Counted from the stretch's first letter, positions 17,101 to 26,648 are shown. The stretch is DNA of 64,000 nucleotides from Dehalococcoidia bacterium (GCA_034420475.1 DAOULH010000025.1:1593-65592); one strand, 5' to 3'. Notes: a model not told the origin generated them from the letters alone. Translations and numbers: made by a program.

Positions 17101-19563
17101 GAGACCCGGCCTAGCCAGGATGTCGTTCTCCTCTAGTCGCCAAGGGTCTTTCAGCCACTGATCCGCTCGGTGCGTCAGACTACGTTGAGCGTCTGTGGTC
17201 AACGGATTGGCGTCGATGACGAGGTTCATCCGCAGGTGGTCCAGAAAAGCTTTCAGGACATTCTCGCGCCGGTTAGCATCAGCGTCGGCGATTACCGGTA
17301 AGGGCTGCCATCGGTGATGCTCCAAGGCTAGTTGATCCAGTCCGGGGTACGCGATGCGCAAAAGGCCAGTCTGTTCAAGATTGGGTTGCGTTATCCGCCA
17401 CCCGCGGCTCAGGTCTTCGAGCAGCAGGTACTCCAATAGATCGACCATGGCCCGCTTGCTCTGGTCATATCCAGGCCCGCTGTCGACGGGTTGTAGCAGA
17501 AAGTCGTTGGGTCGGAGTTCCAGGGCGTCAAATACTTTCGGACCCACTTGGTCGAAGGTAAGTTGACCGTTGCGGCGTAGTGCCGAGACTACGCCGGCTC
17601 GCAACATGGCCACTTGGACAAAGTCGTTGAGGTGTCCCGCTTGCAAGGATGCGTCCTGTCGGTTGTCGGTGAAGCTCAGGGCCTTGGCTTCACCGGTTGG
17701 CAGGCCTTGACCTGCCATGCCGGATACGGCGGCGTTTACGGAAATGGTCGTTGCTGTGGAACGGCCGGTCTGGCTCAGTGAGGAGAGTTTGCGGTATTCG
17801 CCTTGCCGGCGGTCATAGACCGCGCGGCAGCGGAGGCATATCAGGAAGGGTTGGGGCTGATACCAACCGAAGACGGCGCCATTTGCGCCTGGTGATTCCT
17901 CTTCCTTGAGCGTTGACCCACTCGTGGTGGGATCCGTCAGCGCACCGTTGGCGGTGGCGGCGTATTTATGTGGAATGAATTGTGCGTAATCGGATTTGAC
18001 AGCCCGGCCTGATCGACGTTCGTTGAACCACTCCTCGGGGAGTTCGTCGGGGTCGCCTGCCCAGATGCCATCGGTGTCCAGGGCGAAGAATCCTCCCTCG
18101 CCTTGGATGCTCTCATCTGCGGCGCCGACGGTTGGAGAGCGCGGCAGGAGCAGTTGCTGCCCCTCAACTTGAGTGAGGATGACCAAGTAATATTCTTGAC
18201 CGCATTCGCGGCAGAAGGCGAGGGGGAATAGCAAGCGCTCGTCGTCGAGCCGGTACTGGCCGTCCATGGTGAACTGCCGGGTTTCAGCGTGTTCGAGGGT
18301 GGCGGAAACGCTGCCACCCGAGGAAAGCCATTGGTGCAGTCTGAAGGCTAGGACGGGTTCTTGTCCTTCAGAAAACGATTGGCTTCCGACGTCCAGTATC
18401 CCTTGCAACTGCTTTCCACATTGTTCGAGTGGAAGGCGGGTTTGTTCGCTGAGGCGGCGTGTGGCATCAGCGAATGTCTCCGGCCGGCGGCGCACTAGGC
18501 GGTCGCCGTGGCTGGTAATGCCGAAGGCTTCTTCCACCCATGCGGTGAGAGGATGGGTTTTCACGGCTTGGGGGGTTGGGACCGGTAGTGGCAGCTCTAC
18601 CGCCGCTCGTAGTTCCGCTTCACCTTGCGGTGTCGGAACTTCGGCGACGTGGCGCAGGGTTTCGTCCACGACGTTGGTTGAAGGTATTTCTTGGCCAAAG
18701 AAGTTGGAGGCGAATCGTGCGACCGTTGCTTTCTGCTCTTCGCGCGTGATGTTTTGGTTCCCGTTGGAAGCTATGGTTGCGCTGGTCGCGATGGTTTGCA
18801 GTTCTCTGCCTGCCGCTTCCTGGAGCCGTCGCGTGAGCATGGCGACGTCGGCGCCTTGCCGGCCCCGGTAGAAATGAAGTTCGTCCATTACCAGGGTTTG
18901 CAAATTGCGGGTTGCAGTTTGAAGCATCGGGCGTTCGCTGGGTCGAAGCAGGAGGTATTCGGCCATCATGTAGTTGGTCAGCAGGATGTGTGGTGGTTCC
19001 TGCTGGATGCGATTTCGTTCGTCCTCACTGGTTTGCCCGGTGTAACTGGCGAAACGCACTGGCGAGTCGGGCCAGTTGCGAGCTTTGAAGCGTTCCAGTG
19101 CCTCAAGCTGGCTGTTGATGAGGGCGTTCATCGGGTAGATCAGTAGAGCCCTCACGGAGTGATGCGACGGTTCGTTGCGGATGATGGCGTCGAAGATGGG
19201 CAGGAGGTAGGTCAGGCTTTTGCCGGATCCGGTGCTGGTGGTGACGACATAGGACTCCCCCTTCAAGCCGAGATCCAAAGCTTCGCGCTGATGCTGGTAG
19301 AGCTGGAGTTCAGGCCCAAAGAACTTGGCGGTTTGCCCGGTCAACAGGCCTTGCTCGGCCAATTGGCGCAGGTTCAGTTCCATTTCGAAGGCCGGGTTTA
19401 GCTGGAGCACTGCGTCTGGCCACAGTGCGCCTTTGCCGAGCATCTCCGCCACGTAATCGTCGATTCGCGGGTCCAGCACTTGGACGAAACTCTGCAAGTA
19501 GTCTTGGTATTCGGAGACTACGGAGTCTTTCAGTTGGAATACGTCCAGCGGCATGATGCTCAC
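14098..19563 (-). CDS. DrmA+DrmB-like fusion (DExH helicase + DUF1998, DruE-like architecture) with C-terminal Vsr/DUF559-like nuclease module
   Basis: Helicase: TSTGSGKSLTY, VMDELHFY, QRSGRAGRGG. DUF1998-type Cys ribbon: CQNCGY...CLNCG and ACYECLLTYSNQ. Nuclease-like: VQPDFYYE...ICIFIDGPHHD...GVIAIRYD. Start is 1 nt after the methylase stop. Confidence 0.85.
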   Translation of the reverse strand: MSIMPLDVFQLKDSVVSEYQDYLQSFVQVLDPRIDDYVAEMLGKGALWPDAVLQLNPAFEMELNLRQLAEQGLLTGQTAKFFGPELQLYQHQREALDLGLKGESYVVTTSTGSGKSLTYLLPIFDAIIRNEPSHHSVRALLIYPMNALINSQLEALERFKARNWPDSPVRFASYTGQTSEDERNRIQQEPPHILLTNYMMAEYLLLRPSERPMLQTATRNLQTLVMDELHFYRGRQGADVAMLTRRLQEAAGRELQTIATSATIASNGNQNITREEQKATVARFASNFFGQEIPSTNVVDETLRHVAEVPTPQGEAELRAAVELPLPVPTPQAVKTHPLTAWVEEAFGITSHGDRLVRRRPETFADATRRLSEQTRLPLEQCGKQLQGILDVGSQSFSEGQEPVLAFRLHQWLSSGGSVSATLEHAETRQFTMDGQYRLDDERLLFPLAFCRECGQEYYLVILTQVEGQQLLLPRSPTVGAADESIQGEGGFFALDTDGIWAGDPDELPEEWFNERRSGRAVKSDYAQFIPHKYAATANGALTDPTTSGSTLKEEESPGANGAVFGWYQPQPFLICLRCRAVYDRRQGEYRKLSSLSQTGRSTATTISVNAAVSGMAGQGLPTGEAKALSFTDNRQDASLQAGHLNDFVQVAMLRAGVVSALRRNGQLTFDQVGPKVFDALELRPNDFLLQPVDSGPGYDQSKRAMVDLLEYLLLEDLSRGWRITQPNLEQTGLLRIAYPGLDQLALEHHRWQPLPVIADADANRRENVLKAFLDHLRMNLVIDANPLTTDAQRSLTHRADQWLKDPWRLEENDILARPGLALLPGKQRTRYEGNGRAVMSLGARSAILRYLRSQHTWGIDQNLSVAEGEALVNGIVEQLRGQFLSVVNDNNGAARGVRLLAAGMQWVAGNATPASPDPVRSRSLHLRRQTRATQQPNSYFTNLYDRGSLQLRGILAQPHSGQVSAKDREDREREFREGTLPALFCSPTMELGVDISDLDAVHLRNIPPTPANYAQRSGRAGRGGRPALIVAFAAQGNAHDQYYFGRRHEMISGAVKPARMDLRNQELLKAHLYSTWLATTGIALGRGMQEILDLNDPSFPIKEDLAAEFEGIRRERYFQQAVQRAQNIIDRTPEVQYAPWFSHNWVNDTLRAAPDEFDAAFLRWRELYQAACDERDDARREMDDPNATRSAKQQAEHRERGARREIDLLLNRTNRQEESDFYPYRYLASEGFLPGYNFPRLPVRVSVPMRESTQMIDRPRFLGLTEFAPGNQVYHEGRKYRIDAAIVPPSGFEAAFRRARLCQNCGYAHDGADADLELCLNCGTRLDGSSDYIQKLLEQPTMRARRRERISSEEEERVRNGYRVTTHFNFGLGRSLSAEVLSADEEIILTAQYAPGTRLWRINNGFRQSNEEEPGFRVDPTTGRWQARNGEDETISDLGVPATISGVRPYVQDSRNVLFLKHHSENSSAEFEVTLLHAIKRAIQFVYQVEDQEISAELIGENEHRRMIFWEAAEGGIGVWEHLVTQPNAFSAVARMAIRLCHEDPSGNGDDAQITACVSACYECLLTYSNQLEHRLIDRRKILDYLRLLATSTTKLEQEPDYDEQYQRLMNLTDPNSTLEREFLQALRDNGMRLPDSAQNRPSSKVLVQPDFYYERENRPGICIFIDGPHHDDPDRQRADSHTREELQDFGFGVIAIRYDRPIIEQLREYPHVFIPIAETNGHTASLRGQFSKLVTEWRAETAGLSSPRAIAGHHAYQQIIAMGKPVIPFILQDMKDNGGWWYPALRTLTGANPVPESAKGSPPLNDEAWLQWGRDNGYA

Positions 19564-19564
19564 C

Positions 19565-22500
19565 TTAGTGGTTCAGGTTGGGTGGGTGGCCTTGGGCCAG
19601 CAGATCGTAGGCTTGCAGGACATAGCGCTGGGTGCGGTATTCACCGAACTGTCGCTCTTCGTTGCGTTTCAGTCCGGGAAAAGACTGTGACGGCTCTGGG
19701 GCGTCAAGGATCCACTCTAAATCTTCGCGTTCCAGCTGGTAAAGATGGGCGTAAATGGCGTCCAGTTCGCACTTGAGCCGGTGTCGGCGGTCTTCGTCCC
19801 AGGCGAAGGGCGGGCCGTCGTAGCCCAGGTCTTGGGCGAATGACTGCAAGTCCCATGCAGTGTAGGTTAGTTCCAATGCTCTGGGCACAACGAGTTCGAT
19901 CCAGGTATGGCCTGGCGGTGCGGTTTCGATGTAGACATCGGGCGGTAGCACGGGCAGTTGCTTGACGATGAAGAAGCTCATGTGGGTGCCGCCCACGGAA
20001 AGGCGGGCAGCCCAGTCAAATGGCAGGCTGTTCATGTTGGCAAGCACGAGTACCGAGGCAACAGCGCGCTCGTTCTGGTAGTCGAGGACTGGAGCATTGT
20101 TTCCAACGCCATGGCCGGGTACGTTGGCAGGGACCATGGTGCTGGCGTTGGTGCTGTTCGTGATGTCCCGAAAGACTTGATGCCAACCTGCGTAATTCAT
20201 GCGCGCAATGGGAGCTCCTCCGTCAACGGCGGTTGTTCGTAACAGGGTCGAGATCGAAGTTCGTTGGTCGGTGGCACGGGCGACGTTTCTGAAACCTATG
20301 AACCAATCGTAACTATGGTTGCGGTGTGGCCTACCCCGAACGAGGGAATGACCGACAACATCATGGTGCGTTCGTTGGTTGCGTTGGTGATGTCCCGGAG
20401 AACGAGTTGCGAGCCAGCTCGGCAAGTTTGTAGAACGTCTGATCGGGGGGGGGGGGGTAGAAGTTAAATCGGATTCCGATGCACCAAGCCGCTGAGAGAC
20501 TTCCTCTGCGGGAACCCAGTATCTGGGGATCACGACTGCACTAGGGTCAGCTTTTTCGTGGCTTGCCATTTCCCTGGCGTTGCCGGCGGAACGCGCGCGT
20601 TCATCTACGTCTTCGAATGTGGCGAAGCGGTGGTCGTACTGGTGGAACAGCTTGGCCTCGTAAAGCGGAAGGTAGCGTTCGTCGCCCTTGACGAATTCGT
20701 TGCCGTCCAAGTGCCAACCGTTTAGTTCCAGCTGTTCCCGGGTTTGGAACAGGCCCGAGTCGTTGGACATATGGAACATAGCGGAGAATCTAACACCCCA
20801 CGGGTTGCGCTCTGGCTCGCCGGCTTGGGCTTCTTTCCAGAATACCCCGGCTCGTCGGTATAGTTTGGCGGCGATGTCCGCATCCCGCCGGGTGCGAAAG
20901 ACGGGGCAGGTGCGCGTGTTGGGGTTGAACAATGCAAAGTCTGCTGGCTGAAGGATGAAGCGGCGGCCATCGTCTTGGAGTTGCTCAGTGCGGTATAGGA
21001 AGAAGGCAAATTCTGCCTGATGCGATGGGCGATCTGTTCCAGTCATGGTCAACAGGCAGAACTTAATTCGGCTGTCTATACCTGGGAAAACACGCTCGCG
21101 GTTTTCGAAGTCGTACAGGCTCACCAGTGATTGGTGGTTCACGAGGTCGGCGAAAAACACCTTCGTCGTATCGTCGGTGGCTATCCCAGAAGGGACGATC
21201 ATGCCTGCTTTGCCGGAGGGATTGCAGATGCCTCGCGCGGTTTCGGCGAAGATGGAGTAGGTGTTGACATCACCTCGTCCGGTCATCGGAAAACGCTCGC
21301 TGCCACGGACGAAGCGGCTGATTGATTCTGCCTGGTGTAGGGCGTCAGAAAATTCCTGCGCTAAGTGTGGGTTCTCTTGAGGTAACGCCTGGATGAGTCT
21401 GTCCCTGGCAGCTTTGTTGGGGGCGTCGGCAATTTCTTGGTCCCTGGTTTCGAAGAATTCCTTCTCCTGCAGCTTGATCCGCTCCCACGGTGGATTTCCC
21501 AACACGACGTCGAATCCGCCGGTGTGGAACACATCGGGAAATTCGAGGGGCCAGTGAAAGAATGTGTTGGCTTGTGAAGCAGCGATCGCTGCGGCTTCGA
21601 GTTGGGGTTGCGTGGCCCGATTCGCCAGGGCCTGACGGATGTTATCCGTGGTGGGAACACGGGCCGGGCTACCCGATGCCTGCGGTTGTAGCGGGGCAAA
21701 GAAAGCGTAGGTCCAAAGGTCGCAGGCAACCTTTTGTTGCCACCAATGGGTATCTGGGCCCCGCAGCTCTTCGTAGAGGTTCTCTTTGGCCTGCACTTCG
21801 GCAGGGCTGTGTTCTTCCAATTCAGTGAAAGCCGTCCATTCGGCTGCGATGGCATCGACGTCTGGTTGATCAGCGAACATCGCGGCCTGCCCTGGTCGCT
21901 CCCGTCTGTTGCGCCTACGGAAGTATGTGGCTTCGGTTCTATCGTCACCGGTGACGGCCTTGTAGGCGTCGTCGGGAATGCCGGTGTGTAGGACGTCCAA
22001 GTCCTTGACGCCCACCAGGCTGTCGCCGCATTTGATGTGGTGGTCGAGGAACCCAAGTGGGAAGCCTGCGGCGTGACTTTCGATCCACAGAGCGACTTTG
22101 CACAGGTCCACCGCCAGGGGGTTCTTGTCGACGGCGTAGATGCAGTTGCGCACGACGTCGCGGAGGGCGGTGCGGTACTCGGTAGGTGGTGGTTCTTCCT
22201 CGCTGGAGCGTGCGCGCGCGAGCTCTCGGGCGATGCGCCGGGCGGCGGCCAGTAGGAAGTGGCCGGACCCGGCGGCGGGGTCGCATACTTTGAGTGAAAG
22301 GAGGGCCTGTTCCTTGGCTTCCGCAGTTCGGCTGTCATGCAGTCTTTCGTTGATGACTGGAACGAGGGCACTGTCCACAAGTTCGCGGACCAGTTCTGGC
22401 GGCGTGTAATAGGATCCTGTCTGTTTGCGCTCGGTGCCGGGCGCCAACTGGAAGTTGGGTCTTCGACCAGTTACTTCGTTTTCGGCGAGTACCAGCGGGC

Positions 22501-23779
22501 GGTAGTCCAATAGGCTTTCGTAAACGGAGCCGAATTCCTCGACGTCTAGGTGGGCGTAGTTGACGCGGCGTACGACATCACCATCGCGGAAGGTGGACAG
22601 GTTGCGCAACGCATTGAGGAAGTCTTCGTTGGGGCAAACGGCGTTTTCGAGGTCCCGACAGGTGGACTCCTTGAACAATTCACCATTCATGGGGAACAGG
22701 TTCAGGGCGTCGGCCGCGGCGGGATTGCGGAATAAACGGAACGTTTGGGCGAGGCCTTGCCAGAGGTCGGTGTGGGTGTCGCCGGCATACCGGCGTTCTG
22801 CGCGCTCTCGCAAGCTGGCGACGCTGTAATAGCGGTGGTAGATGTTGTGGCGCTCGGTGTCGTCGCCGGTGGTGAAGAGTATCTTCCTCTCCTCGCTCAC
22901 CATCAGGAAAAGCAGGCGGTACACGAAGCTGAGCAGTTGGCGATAGTAGGCGTTCTCCGTCAATCTCCCGTTGCGGAAGGATTCACGGAGCGCGGCGTTT
23001 TCTGGGTGGCGCAGAAGAGCGGCGCCCAGGATTTCGAGGGCGTTTTTGACGCCATCCCGGAGTTTCTCACGGACCCTGCCGCCCTCTTCGACTCCTTGAT
23101 TGTAGTAGCTTTCCAGGAGGCAGTCGTGGGGTTCTGCACCTGGTTGTGGAAAACGTGTGGAGTGGACCAGCCGGTAAAGCGCGGTGAACTCTGCGTAGGC
23201 GTTACCTTCCAGCATCGCCTGGAGGTCGAATTCAAGGTAGGTCGGCTTCGATAGTCGAGCGCTGTCCCGTAGCAGGCGCAGCTTGGCACCGTTGGTGACG
23301 ACGCCCCAAAGGGTCTCGGAGCGGTTCAGGTATTCCTGTACCAGCGCGTGGGGGGAACGGCGGGTGGTGCGGCCGCGTTGATCCAAGGTCTGGTCCGGAG
23401 AGACGACGTGGACCGGCGGCGCGTGTTCGTCGCTGTAAGCGAAATGGGAAATCGGGAAGGTCGTCCCGCCGAGGTCTATGCCGGTTCGTTGAAGCTCCAG
23501 AGGCGGAAATCCGAGGATCTCAAAGAAGGGAATCGCCCAGTCTTGGCGAGTGAGCGTGGTGAGGTTTTGCCGGGACCGGTCTCTGCGCCGGTTGAAAGCG
23601 TCCCAGCGCAGAGCGGCGTCGCTGAAGCCGCTCTGGATTTCGTCCAGGAGAGTGCGGTTGGGGCGCAGCCCGAAGTCTCTGGCTGTCTGGCCTGCGACGT
23701 TGCTGTTGGGTTGGGAAATTCGTTCCAGCAGGTCAGGATTGAACAGTCCGCCTTCAAGGCTGATGGTTGAGTAATTCAA
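19565..23779 (-). CDS. DrmMI-like N6-adenine DNA methyltransferase, 1404 aa
   Basis: PglX/DrmMI-like N-terminus (LWGVVTNGAKLRLLRD). GSYYTPPELV, VCDPAAGSGHFLLAAA, VLGNPPWERIK. Contains a C13 tract (G13 on plus, 20445-20457). Confidence 0.85.
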   Translation of the reverse strand: MNYSTISLEGGLFNPDLLERISQPNSNVAGQTARDFGLRPNRTLLDEIQSGFSDAALRWDAFNRRRDRSRQNLTTLTRQDWAIPFFEILGFPPLELQRTGIDLGGTTFPISHFAYSDEHAPPVHVVSPDQTLDQRGRTTRRSPHALVQEYLNRSETLWGVVTNGAKLRLLRDSARLSKPTYLEFDLQAMLEGNAYAEFTALYRLVHSTRFPQPGAEPHDCLLESYYNQGVEEGGRVREKLRDGVKNALEILGAALLRHPENAALRESFRNGRLTENAYYRQLLSFVYRLLFLMVSEERKILFTTGDDTERHNIYHRYYSVASLRERAERRYAGDTHTDLWQGLAQTFRLFRNPAAADALNLFPMNGELFKESTCRDLENAVCPNEDFLNALRNLSTFRDGDVVRRVNYAHLDVEEFGSVYESLLDYRPLVLAENEVTGRRPNFQLAPGTERKQTGSYYTPPELVRELVDSALVPVINERLHDSRTAEAKEQALLSLKVCDPAAGSGHFLLAAARRIARELARARSSEEEPPPTEYRTALRDVVRNCIYAVDKNPLAVDLCKVALWIESHAAGFPLGFLDHHIKCGDSLVGVKDLDVLHTGIPDDAYKAVTGDDRTEATYFRRRNRRERPGQAAMFADQPDVDAIAAEWTAFTELEEHSPAEVQAKENLYEELRGPDTHWWQQKVACDLWTYAFFAPLQPQASGSPARVPTTDNIRQALANRATQPQLEAAAIAASQANTFFHWPLEFPDVFHTGGFDVVLGNPPWERIKLQEKEFFETRDQEIADAPNKAARDRLIQALPQENPHLAQEFSDALHQAESISRFVRGSERFPMTGRGDVNTYSIFAETARGICNPSGKAGMIVPSGIATDDTTKVFFADLVNHQSLVSLYDFENRERVFPGIDSRIKFCLLTMTGTDRPSHQAEFAFFLYRTEQLQDDGRRFILQPADFALFNPNTRTCPVFRTRRDADIAAKLYRRAGVFWKEAQAGEPERNPWGVRFSAMFHMSNDSGLFQTREQLELNGWHLDGNEFVKGDERYLPLYEAKLFHQYDHRFATFEDVDERARSAGNAREMASHEKADPSAVVIPRYWVPAEEVSQRLGASESDLTSTPPPPIRRSTNLPSWLATRSPGHHQRNQRTHHDVVGHSLVRGRPHRNHSYDWFIGFRNVARATDQRTSISTLLRTTAVDGGAPIARMNYAGWHQVFRDITNSTNASTMVPANVPGHGVGNNAPVLDYQNERAVASVLVLANMNSLPFDWAARLSVGGTHMSFFIVKQLPVLPPDVYIETAPPGHTWIELVVPRALELTYTAWDLQSFAQDLGYDGPPFAWDEDRRHRLKCELDAIYAHLYQLEREDLEWILDAPEPSQSFPGLKRNEERQFGEYRTQRYVLQAYDLLAQGHPPNLNH
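20445..20457. repeat. 13-nt G homopolymer (C13 on the coding strand) inside the methylase gene
   Basis: Direct count in gatcGGGGGGGGGGGGGtag. Encodes TPPPP in the drawn frame. Confidence 0.95.
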
Positions 23780-23780
23780 T

Positions 23781-26648
23781 TTACACCCCCGATGGCGTCA
23801 ATACGTAGCAGCCGATGATGTCTGGAGGACGGTGGGGTGTCACGGTGGCGTGTCGTCCGGGGACGGCTTGACGGAGCCGGGTGTGAGCTGCTTCCAAAGT
23901 TGCTGCCCGGTGGGTGACGATTTCGGTGTCCCATCCATCACTTAAGCGGTCTAGCGCCCAACTTACGTGTTCGGCACGCTCCTCCGGCGATAGGTTGGCC
24001 ACCGGTTGTGCATCGGCGACGAGGCGTAGTATGCGATTTTGGCTGTCGTCGGTGTGGTCACCAGTCCAGTTTAGGCCGTCTGCCCGGCTGGAGAAAGCGG
24101 CGACGACGACTTCCTCGGCGAATTGTTGGCTTTCGGCACTCTGATCTGAGGTCTGTATCAGAAAACGGAGCCGTAGGAGAAATACTGCGGTCCTGCGTTC
24201 GACCGCTGGGGTAACGATGGCGCCTGCCCTGGCGAAAAGGGGTTCTTGTGCCTGCAGTGCCTTGGCCAGGACGGCGTCGGCGGCGGTGCTGACCACTGGG
24301 TGGTTGCGCCCGATGAGGGCTACGCCGTTCTGTGGTACGCCTTCGAAAGCTACGGTCATTGGGAAATTGAGGCGGTTATCGCGATCTGCGATGTGGTCTT
24401 TAAGGTCGCCTGGGGTTAGCCTGAATACGCCCGCTCGGTTGGTGGGGTTGAGTTCGCCGTTGAATCTTTGCAGAGCATTGGTGAGGAATCTTTTTACGTC
24501 GGCGGCACTGCCGAGGACTGGTTCCATTTCCTGGAGTTCGTTGGATATCGCGTCTGGGTGGATGCCATGTTGGGCGAAGTATGTGCGGGTTCGGTCTTCC
24601 CGATCGGCGACCTCATCCCACGCTTGGTGCAATCGGCTGACTTCAGCGGTTTGTAGCGGAAGGGTTGCTTGTCTGCCTTGGGTTCGTCCGCGGAGTAGAA
24701 CGCTGTCGACCAGGGTGTTGACCACCTGTTCAGGCTGCACTGGAACCGGGACCGTGATGCCCAAACGTTGGCGGATGGTTTGTGCCTTTCGCAGGAGAAC
24801 GTCGAGCACCACGAGGTCCACTTCATTGTCCGCACCGTAAAGGAGGACGGTTTTGATTGTTGGTTTGGGTTGACCATAGCGGTCAACTCGGCCCTCTCGC
24901 TGCTCCAAGCGGTTGGGGTTCCAGGGCAAGTCGTAGTGGACGACCGCGTCGTAATGGTCCTGGAGGTTGACGCCTTCGCTGAGGCAATCGGTTGCCACCA
25001 GCACTCGTGCGGGGTGTTGGGCCAGGTCGAGGACAATCTCCTTGCGCTGTTCGCTGTCGCCGTCGTTGCCGGTGACCGCGCTGACGCGGAGACCTGGATG
25101 GCGCGATGTCAGCTCGTTCCTGATCTGTTCTGCGACGTAATAGGCGGTTTGGATGAATCGGCAGTAAACGATGGGGCGGTATCCGTCATCGAGGAGTTCG
25201 GATACCGCGGAAATAGCCTCGCGGACTTTCGCATCATGCTCTGGTCCGGCGAGCGTGTTGGCGCGCCGTAAGAAAGCGCTGAGGCGCCGATCTTCGCTGG
25301 AGGACGTTGTGTCGTCGTCTTCCAGCGTGATTGCGGGTACGTAGTCGGCGGCCTGGTCTTCCTCGGCAGAGTCAACTATCTGGGTGCCGAGGAGATCGTC
25401 GGGGATCTGCCCTCCATTTGCGGGATCGTCCTCGTGCGTCCCGTTGTGGGCCGGGCGCCTGTTTTCAAGGGCCGCTCGTGCTGCCGAGGGGCTGGATAGC
25501 ACGCATCGCAAGATGGACAGCGCTGCCCAGTAGCGGACTCGCTGGCGTTGTTCAGCCATGCCGCTGGTGTCAACGTACTCTCGGCAATAGGCCAGGATGT
25601 CTTGATAAAGGCGGTGGTAATCAGCCGACATACGGTAGCTGCGTTCCACGGCCACGCGGTCTGGGAAGGGCGTCTCTACGTCGAGCCATCGTTTCAGGTC
25701 GGCGCGTTTGCGCTGGATGATGTGGGGCGTCAACTCCGCGCGGGGCAGGTCGTCGTCGTTAGCGGAATCGAACTCGGGGTTCAGCAAGCCGAGTAGTGAC
25801 TGGAAACTCTGCTCTATCCCACTGTGTGGGGTTGCGGTGGCCAGGATGACGTGGCGGCGCGGATCGATGGCGAGGTCTTTGGCAAGGGCATAACGCTGTT
25901 GCTGAGCAGCGCCGCGGTCGCTTCTGGGGCGCGCGGCGGTGTGGGCTTCGTCCACGATGACCAAATCGGGTGCGTTGGCTAGAAAAAGGTGCCTGTTGCG
26001 GTCGGATTTCGCGAAGTCGATGCTGACTACCATGTGGCGGTAATGCTGGTATAGCGAGACATCGTTTCGCGGCAAAGCGCGCTCCAGCTTGCTGATGGTG
26101 GAGGACTGGATGACCGCGGCGTCGATATTGAATTTGGTTCGGAGCTCTTCGTCCCATTGCTCGCACAGATGTGGAGGGCATAGAACGCATAAGCGGCGGG
26201 CGGTGCCCCGGTCCAATAATTCTCGGGCGATCATGCCGGCCTCGATGGTTTTTCCCACGCCCACGTCATCGGCGATCAAGAGGCGGACCGGGTCCAGGCG
26301 CAGAGCCATGATCAGAGGGACGAACTGGTATGGCCGTGGCGTTACGGATATACGACCCATCGACCGGAAAGGGCCGGCTCCGCTGCGTAGGTTGAGACGT
26401 ACGGCGTCCCTGAGCAAACTGGCTCCAGAAGAGTCTCCGGCTTTATCCGGGTCGGGTGGCAGGTACTGCGTCGGCTTGAGGGCGTCTGGCTCTAATGGCA
26501 GGTAGATGCCGATGGTATCGGTCTCGGTGCCGTCAATGGGTCGGAGACGAACGATTTCGGGTTCGTCTTGAGGCAATACGACCCAGTCCCGGTTGCGGGC
26601 TCGAGCCAGTTGTCCTGGCGCCCATTCGTATGCAGCTGTCGCTGTCAC
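23781..26648 (-). CDS. DrmD-like SNF2-family helicase
   Basis: RPYQ, ADDVGVGKTIEAG, VIVDEAHTAA, HYDLPWNPNRLEQREGRVDRYGQ. The frame is open to 26813, but that start lies upstream of a TGCTACAAT promoter-like box. GTG at 26648 has AAGGTGA 4 nt upstream. Confidence 0.85.
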   Translation of the reverse strand: MTATAAYEWAPGQLARARNRDWVVLPQDEPEIVRLRPIDGTETDTIGIYLPLEPDALKPTQYLPPDPDKAGDSSGASLLRDAVRLNLRSGAGPFRSMGRISVTPRPYQFVPLIMALRLDPVRLLIADDVGVGKTIEAGMIARELLDRGTARRLCVLCPPHLCEQWDEELRTKFNIDAAVIQSSTISKLERALPRNDVSLYQHYRHMVVSIDFAKSDRNRHLFLANAPDLVIVDEAHTAARPRSDRGAAQQQRYALAKDLAIDPRRHVILATATPHSGIEQSFQSLLGLLNPEFDSANDDDLPRAELTPHIIQRKRADLKRWLDVETPFPDRVAVERSYRMSADYHRLYQDILAYCREYVDTSGMAEQRQRVRYWAALSILRCVLSSPSAARAALENRRPAHNGTHEDDPANGGQIPDDLLGTQIVDSAEEDQAADYVPAITLEDDDTTSSSEDRRLSAFLRRANTLAGPEHDAKVREAISAVSELLDDGYRPIVYCRFIQTAYYVAEQIRNELTSRHPGLRVSAVTGNDGDSEQRKEIVLDLAQHPARVLVATDCLSEGVNLQDHYDAVVHYDLPWNPNRLEQREGRVDRYGQPKPTIKTVLLYGADNEVDLVVLDVLLRKAQTIRQRLGITVPVPVQPEQVVNTLVDSVLLRGRTQGRQATLPLQTAEVSRLHQAWDEVADREDRTRTYFAQHGIHPDAISNELQEMEPVLGSAADVKRFLTNALQRFNGELNPTNRAGVFRLTPGDLKDHIADRDNRLNFPMTVAFEGVPQNGVALIGRNHPVVSTAADAVLAKALQAQEPLFARAGAIVTPAVERRTAVFLLRLRFLIQTSDQSAESQQFAEEVVVAAFSSRADGLNWTGDHTDDSQNRILRLVADAQPVANLSPEERAEHVSWALDRLSDGWDTEIVTHRAATLEAAHTRLRQAVPGRHATVTPHRPPDIIGCYVLTPSGV

